A stretch of 64,000 bases of DNA. Source: an uncultured delta proteobacterium (GTDB lineage Bacteria > Desulfobacterota > Binatia > UBA9968). Where the stretch lies: the NCBI GenBank assembly GCA_963816145.1, contig CAWFJP010000017.1, positions 96,001-160,000 on the forward strand, read 5' to 3'. Under the pieces are notes generated by a model. That model was not told the origin of the DNA and did no database searches. It worked only from the letters and a program-made list of their open reading frames with translations. The position numbers were made by a program, and so were the translations under genes. Positions 38,692 through 48,864 of the stretch are shown piece after piece. How positions within the stretch are numbered: position 1 is the stretch's first letter; every line of letters begins with the position of its first letter.

Positions 38692-39162
38692 ATGACGCTT
38701 CATTGCAAGGCCGAAGATATTCCCAATCGCCAAGTCGTCCGCAGCGGTGAACAAGGGGTCGGATCGATGATCATCAAGCGCGCCTACGGTACCGAGTGTA
38801 GCCTGATGCACGCGGTGCGCGCGCCCGGCTATCATACCACACCCCATGCCCACGCCGCCGAACAGCTCAATCATGTCCTCCAAGGCGAGATTTGGTTCTT
38901 CGTCGAAAACCAAGGGTTTCTCTGCAAGACCGGCGACTTCCAGCGGGTGCCGTCGAACAAGATTCACTGGGCATGGAACCGCTCCAGTGCCGACGCTATT
39001 GTCGTCGAAGCGCACTCACCGGCGCTAGTCGCTGGGCCACAGAGCGAAGGCTCGATAGCTTTGTTTGGCGACGATGAGACAGCCGAGGCGAAAAATCCCT
39101 GCCAAAATAATTTCGTTTCCTTTGACTGGCAAAGCGTCGAACGAAAGATTTTTGGCAGCTGA
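38692..39162 (+). CDS. Cupin domain protein
   Basis: PHAHAAEQ...GD...H motif. Confidence 0.82.
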   Translation: MTLHCKAEDIPNRQVVRSGEQGVGSMIIKRAYGTECSLMHAVRAPGYHTTPHAHAAEQLNHVLQGEIWFFVENQGFLCKTGDFQRVPSNKIHWAWNRSSADAIVVEAHSPALVAGPQSEGSIALFGDDETAEAKNPCQNNFVSFDWQSVERKIFGS

Positions 39163-39296
39163 CGAGGTCCCGCTTAGATACCGACCCTCCGGCGCCGTTT
39201 CCGAGCCTCATTTGCACTTTAGCTCTCGCCCATTTCGCTCCTCTTGTGAAAAGCTCACGTCGGGCGTAATAACGGCAATCACATCCGGCGCATTCT

Positions 39297-39758
39297 ATGG
39301 GCAGAGATAAAAGCAATCTCATCGCGGCTGCGTGCCTTGCGGCGTTCGGCATCTACGTTGTCTACGGCGGATCAAAGTTGTCCTACGTATCCGACGTGGG
39401 TCCCGGGCCGGGCTTTTTTCCTTTCTGGATCGGTATCGGCTTTTTGCTATTAGGCACTTATCAGATGGTTCTGAGCTATTCGTCGGCGCGGCGCCACTCC
39501 GGTCATATTGCTCCGCTTTGGTCGGGCTCTGGCAGAGCTCTTGGTGCATGGCTCGGATTAGCGGTTGTGATCGCGCTGTTTCGTTGGATCGGTTTTGTCC
39601 TCGGTTTTGTCTCGCTAACGATTTTTCTGATCGTCGTATTGGATCACCGTCCCGTAAAACTCGCCTGTGCTATCGGCGCCGGCCTTGCCCTGACATTTTA
39701 TCTTCTATTCGAGATTGCGCTCGGTGTTTCCCTTCCGGCGGGGCCTTGGGGATTTTGA
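39297..39758 (+). CDS. tctB: Tripartite tricarboxylate transporter small membrane subunit
   Basis: GPGPGFFP, terminal LPAGP; four TM segments; precedes tctA. Confidence 0.85.
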   Translation: MGRDKSNLIAAACLAAFGIYVVYGGSKLSYVSDVGPGPGFFPFWIGIGFLLLGTYQMVLSYSSARRHSGHIAPLWSGSGRALGAWLGLAVVIALFRWIGFVLGFVSLTIFLIVVLDHRPVKLACAIGAGLALTFYLLFEIALGVSLPAGPWGF

Positions 39759-39781
39759 GTTAAGCTGAGGACGTTAATCTC

Positions 39782-41293
39782 ATGGACGCTCTGAACAATA
39801 TTCTGCTTGGATTCTCCGTCGCCCTGGCGCCAATAAATTTATTCTGGTGTTTCATCGGTGTGGTACTCGGCACCGTCGTCGGGGTGCTCCCTGGCCTCGG
39901 GCCGGCGGCCACCATCGCCATGCTGCTACCGCTCACACTCAAATTGGATCACACCACCGCAATCATCGCGCTGGCGGGCATTTTCTACGGAGCTCGCTAC
40001 GGCGGTTCGACGACGTCCATACTTCTCAATATGCCTGGGGAATCGTCGTCGGTTGCGACTTGTCTCGACGGTTACCAAATGGCGCGCAACGGTCGAGCCG
40101 GTGCCGCGTTGGGTATTTCCGCCATAGCTTCTTTTGTTGCCGGGACCGTTGGCGTGTTGGGACTGATGCTGATCTCCCCACCCTTGGCACGCTTCGCGTT
40201 GCGTTTCGCGCCGCCGGAATATTTCGCTCTGATGACCTTAGGTTTGGCGATGGTTGTGTTTCTCGCCGGCGACTCGATGGTTAAAGCGCTACTCGCGTTG
40301 TTCGTCGGTCTTTGGATCGCAACCATTGGCACTGATCTTTTCACTGCGGAGTCACGCTTCACTTTCGGACAGACTAAGCTGCTCGGCGGGGTTGATTTTA
40401 TCGCCGCAACGGTCGGCATTTTCGCGGTCGCCGAAGTGTTGATCAACTTGGAATCGCGCGGTGGCGGTGAGATCTTGAAAATACCCAAGGGCATCAAAAA
40501 TCTCCTACCGACGCTGCAAGATCTCAAAGACTGCCGTTTCGCATTTCTCAACGGCTCGGTGATCGGTTTCTTTGTCGGCGCCCTACCTGGCGCGGGAGCG
40601 ACGGTTGCGTCTTTTCTATCCTACGGGCTTGAAAAGGCGGTGTCGCGCCATCCGGAAAAGTTTGGCACGGGCGTCATTGAAGGCGTAGCGGCACCAGAGG
40701 GCGCGAACAATGCCGACGCCGGCGGCGCGCTGGTGCCTTTGCTGACTCTTGGCATTCCTGGCGGTAATACCACGGCGATTCTTCTCGGCGGCCTCATACT
40801 CTGGGGCTATAAACCCGGACCCCTCTTGATCCAAGAACACCCGGAGCTTTTTTGGGGACTGGTCGCGAGTATGTATGTAGGCAATTTTTTGTTGCTAGTT
40901 TTAAACCTGCCATTAGTCCCCTTGTTCGCGCAGATTTTGCGTTTGCCCAATTACATTCTCTATCCGTTCATTCTTGGCATCTCCGTTGTCGGAGTCTATA
41001 GCGTGAACAATAGCCTTTTCGATGTTTGGATGATGGCGCTATTTGGCCTGCTCGGCTATCTGATGCGCAAGCTCGATTTTCCCGCCGCGGCACTGATCTT
41101 AGGATTAGTTCTCGGCGATGTGCTCGAGCGGGCATTGCGCCAGTCCTTAATGATGTCACAGGGAAGTCTCTCGATTTTGGTCACCCGGCCGATCTCGGCA
41201 ACCTTGCTGTTCATCGCATTGGTGTTATTGTCTCTTCCCGCGATTCGCCGAGTGCGCGCCTGGCGGCTTGAGGCGGTGGAACAAGAGGTTTAG
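39782..41293 (+). CDS. tctA: Tripartite tricarboxylate transporter large membrane subunit
   Basis: GVLPGLG, YGGS, DGYQMA, AAPEGANN, LTLGIPG. Confidence 0.95.
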   Translation: MDALNNILLGFSVALAPINLFWCFIGVVLGTVVGVLPGLGPAATIAMLLPLTLKLDHTTAIIALAGIFYGARYGGSTTSILLNMPGESSSVATCLDGYQMARNGRAGAALGISAIASFVAGTVGVLGLMLISPPLARFALRFAPPEYFALMTLGLAMVVFLAGDSMVKALLALFVGLWIATIGTDLFTAESRFTFGQTKLLGGVDFIAATVGIFAVAEVLINLESRGGGEILKIPKGIKNLLPTLQDLKDCRFAFLNGSVIGFFVGALPGAGATVASFLSYGLEKAVSRHPEKFGTGVIEGVAAPEGANNADAGGALVPLLTLGIPGGNTTAILLGGLILWGYKPGPLLIQEHPELFWGLVASMYVGNFLLLVLNLPLVPLFAQILRLPNYILYPFILGISVVGVYSVNNSLFDVWMMALFGLLGYLMRKLDFPAAALILGLVLGDVLERALRQSLMMSQGSLSILVTRPISATLLFIALVLLSLPAIRRVRAWRLEAVEQEV

Positions 41294-41337
41294 AAATTAA
41301 ATATAGGGTTAGACATTTTGCAAAAGGAGCATTGAAA

Positions 41338-42321
41338 ATGAAACGAGCTAGCTATTCATTACTAATCTTCGTGGTTGCAATTGCCGAGCTCTCGTCGAGT
41401 CGAGCCTGGAGCCAGGAATTCAAACCGACTAAGCAGATCGAAACCGTGGTCCATACGGGCCCTGGCGGCGGTTCTGATCTGTTCGCCCGCGCCATCGCCG
41501 AAATGCTGCAAAAAGAAAAACTGATCACGCAGCGCATGCAGGTGGTCAACAAATCCGGCGGCGGCCCGGCCGTCGCCATGGCTTACCTCGCCGAGAAAAA
41601 GGGCGAGAGCCACACCGTCGGCTTTTACACCGGCGTTTGGGTGACCAATCCTTTGACCACGGTCGAAGCGACCGTCACCATGAACGATCTAACACCGATC
41701 ACCCGTCTGGTTCTGGAGCCTGCGGTGATCGCTGTCAAAGCCGACTCGCCCTACAAGACTATGAAAGATTTCGTCGAGGCGGCAAAAAAAAGTCCCAAAC
41801 AATTGGCTCAGTCCGGCGGCTCGATCACCTCGCGCGATAATCTCATGCGCCTGTTGTTGCAAAAGGCCACCGGTGCGCAGTGGAATTTTATTTCCTTCCC
41901 CAGCGGTGGTGAGCGGCTGTCCAATCTGCTCGGCGGACATGTCCAGATGATGGTGATCGAACCCCAGGAAGCCGGCGAGCAAATTCGCGCCGGCAACCTG
42001 CGCGTGGTCGCCACCCTCACTGAAAAACGCTTAGCGTCGATGCCCAATGTGCCGACCATCAAAGAGCAAGGCATCGACGTGCCGTTGATTCCTCAGGCCC
42101 GAGGCTTGGTGGCGCCGCCGGCCGCGCCCAAGGAAGTCGTGCAGTATTGGGAGAGCGTTTTCGACGCCTTCGTGAAAACCCCGACTTGGAAACAGTACGT
42201 CGAACAGAATCAATTCGAAGATGGCTATCTCAAGGGCCCGGCGCTCAACAAATTTATCGACGCTCTGAAAGATCAAATGCGCGAAGTGCTCAAAGAAGCC
42301 GGCGCCAAAGTGGTTCGCTAG
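41338..42321 (+). CDS. tctC: Tripartite tricarboxylate transporter substrate-binding protein
   Basis: GPGGGSD, VNKSGG, LLGGHV, PNVPT. Confidence 0.9.
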   Translation: MKRASYSLLIFVVAIAELSSSRAWSQEFKPTKQIETVVHTGPGGGSDLFARAIAEMLQKEKLITQRMQVVNKSGGGPAVAMAYLAEKKGESHTVGFYTGVWVTNPLTTVEATVTMNDLTPITRLVLEPAVIAVKADSPYKTMKDFVEAAKKSPKQLAQSGGSITSRDNLMRLLLQKATGAQWNFISFPSGGERLSNLLGGHVQMMVIEPQEAGEQIRAGNLRVVATLTEKRLASMPNVPTIKEQGIDVPLIPQARGLVAPPAAPKEVVQYWESVFDAFVKTPTWKQYVEQNQFEDGYLKGPALNKFIDALKDQMREVLKEAGAKVVR

Positions 42322-42330
42322 GACACCGCA

Positions 42331-43698
42331 ATGAACGCAACCCAAACCCTAGCGCGCTATGCGCGTAAATTGCGCTACCGCGACATTCCTAGCGAAGTGA
42401 TCGAGCGCGCCAAGGCGTGCGTCCTCGACACCCTGGCCGTGTCGCTCTACGGCTCGACCAAGCCGTGGAGCAAGACCGTCAGCGAATTTGTCCGCAGCGC
42501 CGGCTCGAAAGGTAACGCCACTGTCCTCGGCGGCAAGCAAAAAGCGTCACCGGAACGCGCTGCGCTTGCCAATGGCACCATGGCTCATGCCTTCGAGCTC
42601 GACAACGTCCGTCAACCTGGCGCTGGCGTTCATCCCGGCGCCACGGCATTCCTGCCAGCCTTCGCTGTGGCGGAAAATGAAAATGCCGATGGTAAAGCCC
42701 TCCTCACCGCTTTCGTTGCCGGTTGCGAAGTCATGTCGCGCATCGGCGTCGCAGCGGGCAATTCGCTGGAGCGGCGCGGTTTCCATGCGCCCGGATTGAC
42801 CGGGACTTTCGGCGCCGCAATCGCCGCCGGCCGATTGTTAAAGCTGACTGAAAAACAGTTGGTCAACGCCTTGGGTATTGCCGGCTCCTATTCCGGCGGC
42901 TTGATCGAGTTCTCGCGCTGTCAGGAAGGCGCAATGATCAAGCGGCTTCATCTCGGCAAAGCAGCCGAGGGCGGCGTCACTGCAGCACAGTTGGCCGGCC
43001 GCGGCTTCGCCGGTCCGGAAAGCGTGCTCGAAGGCAAATTCGGTTTTTGCCAAAGTTTTTCCGATTCGCCCAAGCTCGACTATCTCACCCACCGCCTGGG
43101 AGAAGTATGGGAGACCATGAACATCTGTATCAAGCGCTGCGCCTGCCATATCAACGCCCACGCACCCATTGAAGCGCTGCAAAATCTTCGCGACGAACTT
43201 GGCGTCCGACCCGAGGACATTCGCTCCATCACCATCGGCGGCATAGAAAAATTGGTCACCCATCACGCCATTTACCAACCCACCGATCTGATGATGGCAC
43301 AGTACAGCATTCCCTTCTGCGTCGCCCTGAGCGTCTATTTCGATCCCACCGATCCGGCGAACTTCGACGCGCGCAGACTCAACGACAAAAGAATCGCCGC
43401 CCTGATGCGCAAGATTCACCTCGAAGTCGATCATGAGATCGAAGAGAAAGGCTGGGACCGTGCCGCGCGTGTAAGCGTCGATCTCGCCAATAAACGGAGT
43501 GAGTCGAAACTGGTTATCCATTTCAAAGGCACGCCGCATAATCCCCTCTCTGTCGACCAAGTAGAGGCCAAAGCGCGCAAGCTCACGCGCGGCATCCTCA
43601 CCGAGCGACAGTTGAATCGGCTTGTAAATTCGCTGAGCCAGTTGGAAAAAGTCGCTGACATTTCACAAATCGGCGACATGTTACGCCGCTCGTCATGA
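42331..43698 (+). CDS. MmgE/PrpD family protein
   Basis: ANGTMAHAFELD, HPG, GFH, EGKFG, QYSIPF, KGTP. Confidence 0.92.
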   Translation: MNATQTLARYARKLRYRDIPSEVIERAKACVLDTLAVSLYGSTKPWSKTVSEFVRSAGSKGNATVLGGKQKASPERAALANGTMAHAFELDNVRQPGAGVHPGATAFLPAFAVAENENADGKALLTAFVAGCEVMSRIGVAAGNSLERRGFHAPGLTGTFGAAIAAGRLLKLTEKQLVNALGIAGSYSGGLIEFSRCQEGAMIKRLHLGKAAEGGVTAAQLAGRGFAGPESVLEGKFGFCQSFSDSPKLDYLTHRLGEVWETMNICIKRCACHINAHAPIEALQNLRDELGVRPEDIRSITIGGIEKLVTHHAIYQPTDLMMAQYSIPFCVALSVYFDPTDPANFDARRLNDKRIAALMRKIHLEVDHEIEEKGWDRAARVSVDLANKRSESKLVIHFKGTPHNPLSVDQVEAKARKLTRGILTERQLNRLVNSLSQLEKVADISQIGDMLRRSS

Positions 43699-44813
43699 AG
43701 ATCTCTACCATCGACACCTATGCGCTGATTCTGCCGGTCAAAGAACTCTACGGCGGTGCCGCCGGCTACCTTGAAGACTGCCGGACACTCATTATCAGAG
43801 TCGAGACCGACAACGGCATTGAGGGCTGGGGTGAAGCCACTCAAGGCCGCCCCGGCAACACCTATGAAACATTGGAAACCATGCAGATCATGGTGCGCCG
43901 CTATTTCGCACCGGCACTGATCGGCATGGACCTCGAAGAAACCGGTGCGGTGATCAATAAACTACAAGGCGTGCGTTATGGTCATCCGATCACCAAAGCC
44001 GGAGTGGAAATCGCGCTCTACGACGCCCTGGCGAAATTCTACAAGTTGCCGCTTTATCGCCTGCTTGGCGGACCCTACCGCCGCCGGATTGAACTGGTCG
44101 GCGGCCTCGGCATGGATTTGAGCGCCGATACCATCGGCGCGAAAGCTCAGGAGTTAAAACAAGACGGTTATCGCCAGTTCAAACTCAAGATTGGTCATAA
44201 AGAACTGCAAAAAGACATCGACCGCGTGCGCGCCGTCCGTGAGGCGGTGGGCGACGAGGCGACGATTCGCGTCGACGGTAATGCGACTTATTCATTCGCC
44301 GAGGCCCGCGAGTTGTTGAATGCCTTGAGCCGTTTCCATCTGTCCGACGCTGAACAGCCATTGGCGCGCGGGGATCTTAAGAGTCTAGCCGAACTGCGCC
44401 AAACGGTCGGTGTGCCCATCGCTGCCCAGGAAAGCGTTAGCTCCCCCGAAGATGCATTGGCCGTGCTCGATGCCGGAGCCGCCGATCTATTGAAGATTAA
44501 ACTCACCCATATCGGCGGCTTTCAACGGGCGTTGCAAGTTGCCGCCGTAGTCGGTGCCAAAGCTCTACCGGTGGTCATCGGCCAAGGTAGCGCCTGCACG
44601 CCGATACTTTCGGCTGCTGAGATGCACCTGCATACAGCTATGAAAAACGCCCAACCGGGCGGCGAAATGACTGGCTTCCTGCGTCTCGGCGAGCAAGCCA
44701 TTTTTGGTTACATCGAGGTCAAGCGAGCGACCGTGACACTCACCAACACAGCCGGTCTCGGCATCACGGTTAATCGCGAAAAGCTAGTCCAGCTGGCGAC
44801 CGACGACTTTTAG
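43695..44813 (+). CDS. Muconate-cycloisomerase-subgroup enolase superfamily enzyme
   Basis: GWGE, FKLKIG, RVDGN, EQP, QES, KIK. Confidence 0.87.
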   Translation: MKISTIDTYALILPVKELYGGAAGYLEDCRTLIIRVETDNGIEGWGEATQGRPGNTYETLETMQIMVRRYFAPALIGMDLEETGAVINKLQGVRYGHPITKAGVEIALYDALAKFYKLPLYRLLGGPYRRRIELVGGLGMDLSADTIGAKAQELKQDGYRQFKLKIGHKELQKDIDRVRAVREAVGDEATIRVDGNATYSFAEARELLNALSRFHLSDAEQPLARGDLKSLAELRQTVGVPIAAQESVSSPEDALAVLDAGAADLLKIKLTHIGGFQRALQVAAVVGAKALPVVIGQGSACTPILSAAEMHLHTAMKNAQPGGEMTGFLRLGEQAIFGYIEVKRATVTLTNTAGLGITVNREKLVQLATDDF

Positions 44814-44854
44814 CTCTTTGATCGAATCATTTTTGCTGGATCATTCCAACATCA

Positions 44855-44890
44855 TGCATATATTTTAAGCATATGCTTGAAAAATAGGCA
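44855..44890. promoter_or_regulatory. Tandem NtrC-type enhancer sites
   Basis: TGCATATATTTTAAGCA (44855-44871) and TGCTTGAAAAATAGGCA (44874-44890), both TGC-N11-GCA. Confidence 0.7.
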
Positions 44891-44962
44891 GCACCCAATT
44901 CGCCCAGATCTCCATTATTTCATAAGTAATTAATAAATAGTGATTTTTATATCATGCTTTAA

Positions 44963-44978
44963 TGGCATAACGGTTGCT
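44963..44978 (+). promoter_or_regulatory. sigma54 promoter of amtB-glnA-PII
   Basis: TGGCATAACGGTTGCT, GG-N10-GC. Confidence 0.85.
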
Positions 44979-45051
44979 CAGAGAAGGCTCATACGAGTTT
45001 AGCCAACGTATAGCACTTAAAATTATTGCAACTAAACGGGGAGGTTCGGTT

Positions 45052-46425
45052 GTGAAGCAGCGAAACAAATTTCACTCATTGTGGTTTTTCCTACCAGTGC
45101 TGCTGGCATTGTGGTTCGGACCTTCGGCGCAAGCTCAAGAAACAACGTCCGCGCCTGCCTCGGCACTCAGTGCGCCTGCTCCAACAACACCACCAGCAGC
45201 GCCGAAGGTCGACAAAGGTGATAACGCCTGGATGCTGACATCCTCAGCTCTCGTTCTGATGATGACGATCCCCGGCCTGTTTCTTTTCTATGGCGGTCTT
45301 GTCCGCAGCAAAAATATTCTCGGGACGATCATGCATAGTTTTATCATGGTCGGCATCGTTACGGTGCAATGGGTGTTATGGGGTTATTCGGTCGCCTTCG
45401 GACCGGATGTAGGCGGTCTGTTCGGTTCGCTTGCGTGGGTCGGATTGAATGGTGTTGGGGTCGAGCCAAATGCAGATTATGCCGCCACCATCCCTCATAT
45501 GACATTTATGGTTTATCAGATGATGTTCGCCATCATTACCCCAGCGCTCATCACCGGCGCGTTCGCCGAGCGGGCAAAGTTCGGCACATTTCTGGTGTTC
45601 ATGATTCTATGGACGACCATTGTTTACGATCCCCTGGCGCATTGGGTTTGGGGGGTCAAAGGCTGGATGCGTGAAATGGGAGCGTTAGATTTCGCCGGCG
45701 GCACCGTCGTACATATCAGTTCGGGGGCGTCGGCCCTGGTGGCAGCGATCATGTTCGGCCGCCGCATCGGCTACGGCCAAGAGGCGATGCCGCCACATAA
45801 TTTGCCGTTCAGTGTCATCGGTGCCGGTCTGCTTTGGGTCGGCTGGTTTGGCTTCAATGCCGGTAGCGCTCTGGCAGCCGATGGCTTAGCCACTTCCGCT
45901 TTCGTTGCAACCCATGTAGCAACCGCTGCTGCGGCGCTCGCATGGTTGGCGATGGACTGGATGCGCGGTAAACCGACTATGCTCGGTGCCGCCAGCGGTG
46001 CGGTCGCGGGACTCGTTGCGATCACGCCGGGGGCAGGCTTCGTTAGTCCGATGTCAGCGCTGGTGATTGGCGTGGGCGGCGGCATCCTGTGCTCTATTGC
46101 TTGCAGCCTAAAACCAAAATTTGGTTACGACGATTCGCTCGATGTCGTCGGCGTCCATGGAGTCGGCGGCACCTGGGGTGCCTTGGCGACCGGACTTTTC
46201 GCTTCGAAAGCCGTCAACGCAGCAGGTAACAACGGTCTGTTCTTCGGCAACCCTGGGCAACTCTGGATCCAGTTCGTGACTGTCGTAGTAACGATTGTCT
46301 TCGCGATGGTCGCAACTGCGGTCATTCTGGCGATTTTAAAAGCAACTATGGGGCTCCGTGTGGCTGATGATGAAGAGCGCATGGGCTTGGATTTGACCCA
46401 GCATAACGAGCGCGCCTACGAATGA
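45052..46425 (+). CDS. amtB: Ammonium transporter
   Basis: FYGGLVRSKN, FAIIT, DFAGGTVVH, WFGFNAGS, DDSLDVVGVHG; GTG start after GGGAGG. Confidence 0.96.
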   Translation: MKQRNKFHSLWFFLPVLLALWFGPSAQAQETTSAPASALSAPAPTTPPAAPKVDKGDNAWMLTSSALVLMMTIPGLFLFYGGLVRSKNILGTIMHSFIMVGIVTVQWVLWGYSVAFGPDVGGLFGSLAWVGLNGVGVEPNADYAATIPHMTFMVYQMMFAIITPALITGAFAERAKFGTFLVFMILWTTIVYDPLAHWVWGVKGWMREMGALDFAGGTVVHISSGASALVAAIMFGRRIGYGQEAMPPHNLPFSVIGAGLLWVGWFGFNAGSALAADGLATSAFVATHVATAAAALAWLAMDWMRGKPTMLGAASGAVAGLVAITPGAGFVSPMSALVIGVGGGILCSIACSLKPKFGYDDSLDVVGVHGVGGTWGALATGLFASKAVNAAGNNGLFFGNPGQLWIQFVTVVVTIVFAMVATAVILAILKATMGLRVADDEERMGLDLTQHNERAYE

Positions 46426-46519
46426 TCCAGCGCAGATGGGACTGGTTCTCGCTGGAAGAATGTGATAACTGGTGTGCGTTTTCAAAACTATTAAACACTC
46501 AGATGAGAGGAGCATATAG

Positions 46520-47935
46520 ATGTCCGTAAAAGACGTCCTAGAGATGGCGAAGAAGAACAAGGTGGAGATCGTCGATTTCAAGTTTATCGACGTGCCCGGG
46601 CTGTGGCAGCATTTTTCGATCCCGGCCACCGATCTCGACGCCGATAAGTTTGAATCGGGTTTGGGTTTCGACGGATCGAGTATCCGTGGCTTCCAGTCGA
46701 TCAACGAATCCGACATGATCCTTTTGCCCGACCCTGACACCGCCATGATGGATCCGTTCACCGAACACCCCACTCTTAGCTTTGTCTGTAACGTGCTCGA
46801 TGCGATCACCCGCCAGCCCTACTCCCGGGACCCGCGCTATATTACGCAGAAAGCCGAGAAGTACCTAAAGTCCACCGGTCTGGCCGACATCAGCTATTGG
46901 GGGCCCGAGATCGAGTTTTTTATCTTTGATAGTATCCGCTTCGATCAGAACCATCACGAAGGTTATTATCATATCGACTCCAGTGAAGGGTTCTGGAACT
47001 CCGGCAACGGCGACGGTGCCAATCTGGGCAACAAGATCAGATACAAAGAAGGCTACTTCCCGGTCCCGCCGATGGACCAGTACCAAGACCTCAGGTCAGA
47101 AATGGTCATGAACCTGGAGAAATGCGGCATCAAGATCGAAGTGCATCATCACGAAGTCGCCACCGGCGGTCAGACCGAGATCGACATGCGCTTTGACACC
47201 ATGACCAAGATGGCCGACAAGGTGTTGCTCTATAAGTATGTCGTCAAGAACACCGCCCGCAAACGCGGCAAAGTAGTGACCTGCATGCCCAAACCGCTGT
47301 TCCAAGACAATGGCTCCGGCATGCACTGCCACCAGAGTCTGTGGAAAGCCGGCAAGAATATCTTTTACGACAAGAAGGGCTACGGGCTGATCAGCGATAC
47401 TGCGAGATACTACATCGGCGGGCTGATCAAACATGCCCATGCGCTGTGCGCCTTTATCGCGCCAACGACCAATTCCTATAGAAGACTTGTTCCCGGCTAC
47501 GAAGCGCCGATCAATTTAGTCTACTCGGCGAGAAACCGCAGCGCTTGCGTCAGAATCCCTATGTACTCGACCAGCGAGAAGGCCAAGCGGTTGGAGTTCA
47601 GAACCCCTGATCCGAGTGCCAATCCGTACTTTGCCTTTCCGGCGATGATGATGGCCGGGTTGGACGGCATCCGCAATAAGATCGAGCCGCCCAAACCGAT
47701 CGACAAGAACTTGTATGAGCTGGAGCCTGAGGAAGCGGCCAAGGTTAAATCGATGCCGGGATCGTTAGATCAGGCCCTCGATGCGTTGGAGAAGGATCAT
47801 GACTTCCTGCTCAAGGGCGATGTGTTTACCAAGGACGTGATCGAGACCTGGCTCGAGTACAAGCGCAAGCATGAGGTCGATGCCATCCGGCTCCGTCCTC
47901 ATCCTTGGGAGTTCGCTCTCTATTTCGATATCTAA
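46520..47935 (+). CDS. glnA: Glutamine synthetase type I
   Basis: [37 protein letters not shown], adenylylation-region NLY. Confidence 0.98.
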   Translation: MSVKDVLEMAKKNKVEIVDFKFIDVPGLWQHFSIPATDLDADKFESGLGFDGSSIRGFQSINESDMILLPDPDTAMMDPFTEHPTLSFVCNVLDAITRQPYSRDPRYITQKAEKYLKSTGLADISYWGPEIEFFIFDSIRFDQNHHEGYYHIDSSEGFWNSGNGDGANLGNKIRYKEGYFPVPPMDQYQDLRSEMVMNLEKCGIKIEVHHHEVATGGQTEIDMRFDTMTKMADKVLLYKYVVKNTARKRGKVVTCMPKPLFQDNGSGMHCHQSLWKAGKNIFYDKKGYGLISDTARYYIGGLIKHAHALCAFIAPTTNSYRRLVPGYEAPINLVYSARNRSACVRIPMYSTSEKAKRLEFRTPDPSANPYFAFPAMMMAGLDGIRNKIEPPKPIDKNLYELEPEEAAKVKSMPGSLDQALDALEKDHDFLLKGDVFTKDVIETWLEYKRKHEVDAIRLRPHPWEFALYFDI

Positions 47936-47943
47936 AAATATAA

Positions 47944-48348
<405 letters not shown>

Positions 48349-48384
48349 AATTTTTACCTGCCCGCAACAACCGCATCGACGAAA

Positions 48385-48425
48385 AAGCCCTGGGCCCGGG
48401 TATAATCCGGCCTAGGGCTTGTTGC
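48385..48425. terminator. Probable (bidirectional) intrinsic terminator
   Basis: AAGCCCTGGGCC...GGCCTAGGGCTT stem, preceded by an A-run and followed by GTTGCTT. Confidence 0.55.
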
Positions 48426-48864
48426 TTGTGCAATTGGCTATCCACATTAAAGAGTTCCGCCGGAGGGAACTGCGCCGAAACTCAATAGACACTAAACTGT
48501 TCTCGAATAGAGTGATATCGAAGCATTGGCGGCGGCGTCCGCCACAGCTATCGAGTCTAACCCACAAGCTCCAACAATCGCTCGACAGCATTCCGTCCGT
48601 GCGCTTGAACCTTGAAATCCCATTGGCACGACTATCATTGCGCTAATGGGAACTGAAAGAGGGGTTGGATTTGGTGCCATTTCATTGCTTCTTCAATACT
48701 ATTCACAGTTAATCAAGACAGCATCGGTCTGAAGCCCAATAACCGCGACATTACGGCTGCCGATTTTCGGCCGCATCTCCCCCGCTCAAAACGTCAAGGT
48801 CGGAACCTATATTGATACAATAACTGTGACTGAACTTATTGATCGATCCGTAGTGCGCGATCGG

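Noticed and set aside
48624-48642. sigma54 promoter TGGCACG...TTGC
   Set aside because: GG-to-GC spacing is 13 nt rather than 10.
48419-48680. Short ORFs between the PII gene and ubiD
   Set aside because: No motifs, RBS or coding-like composition in the frames I read.
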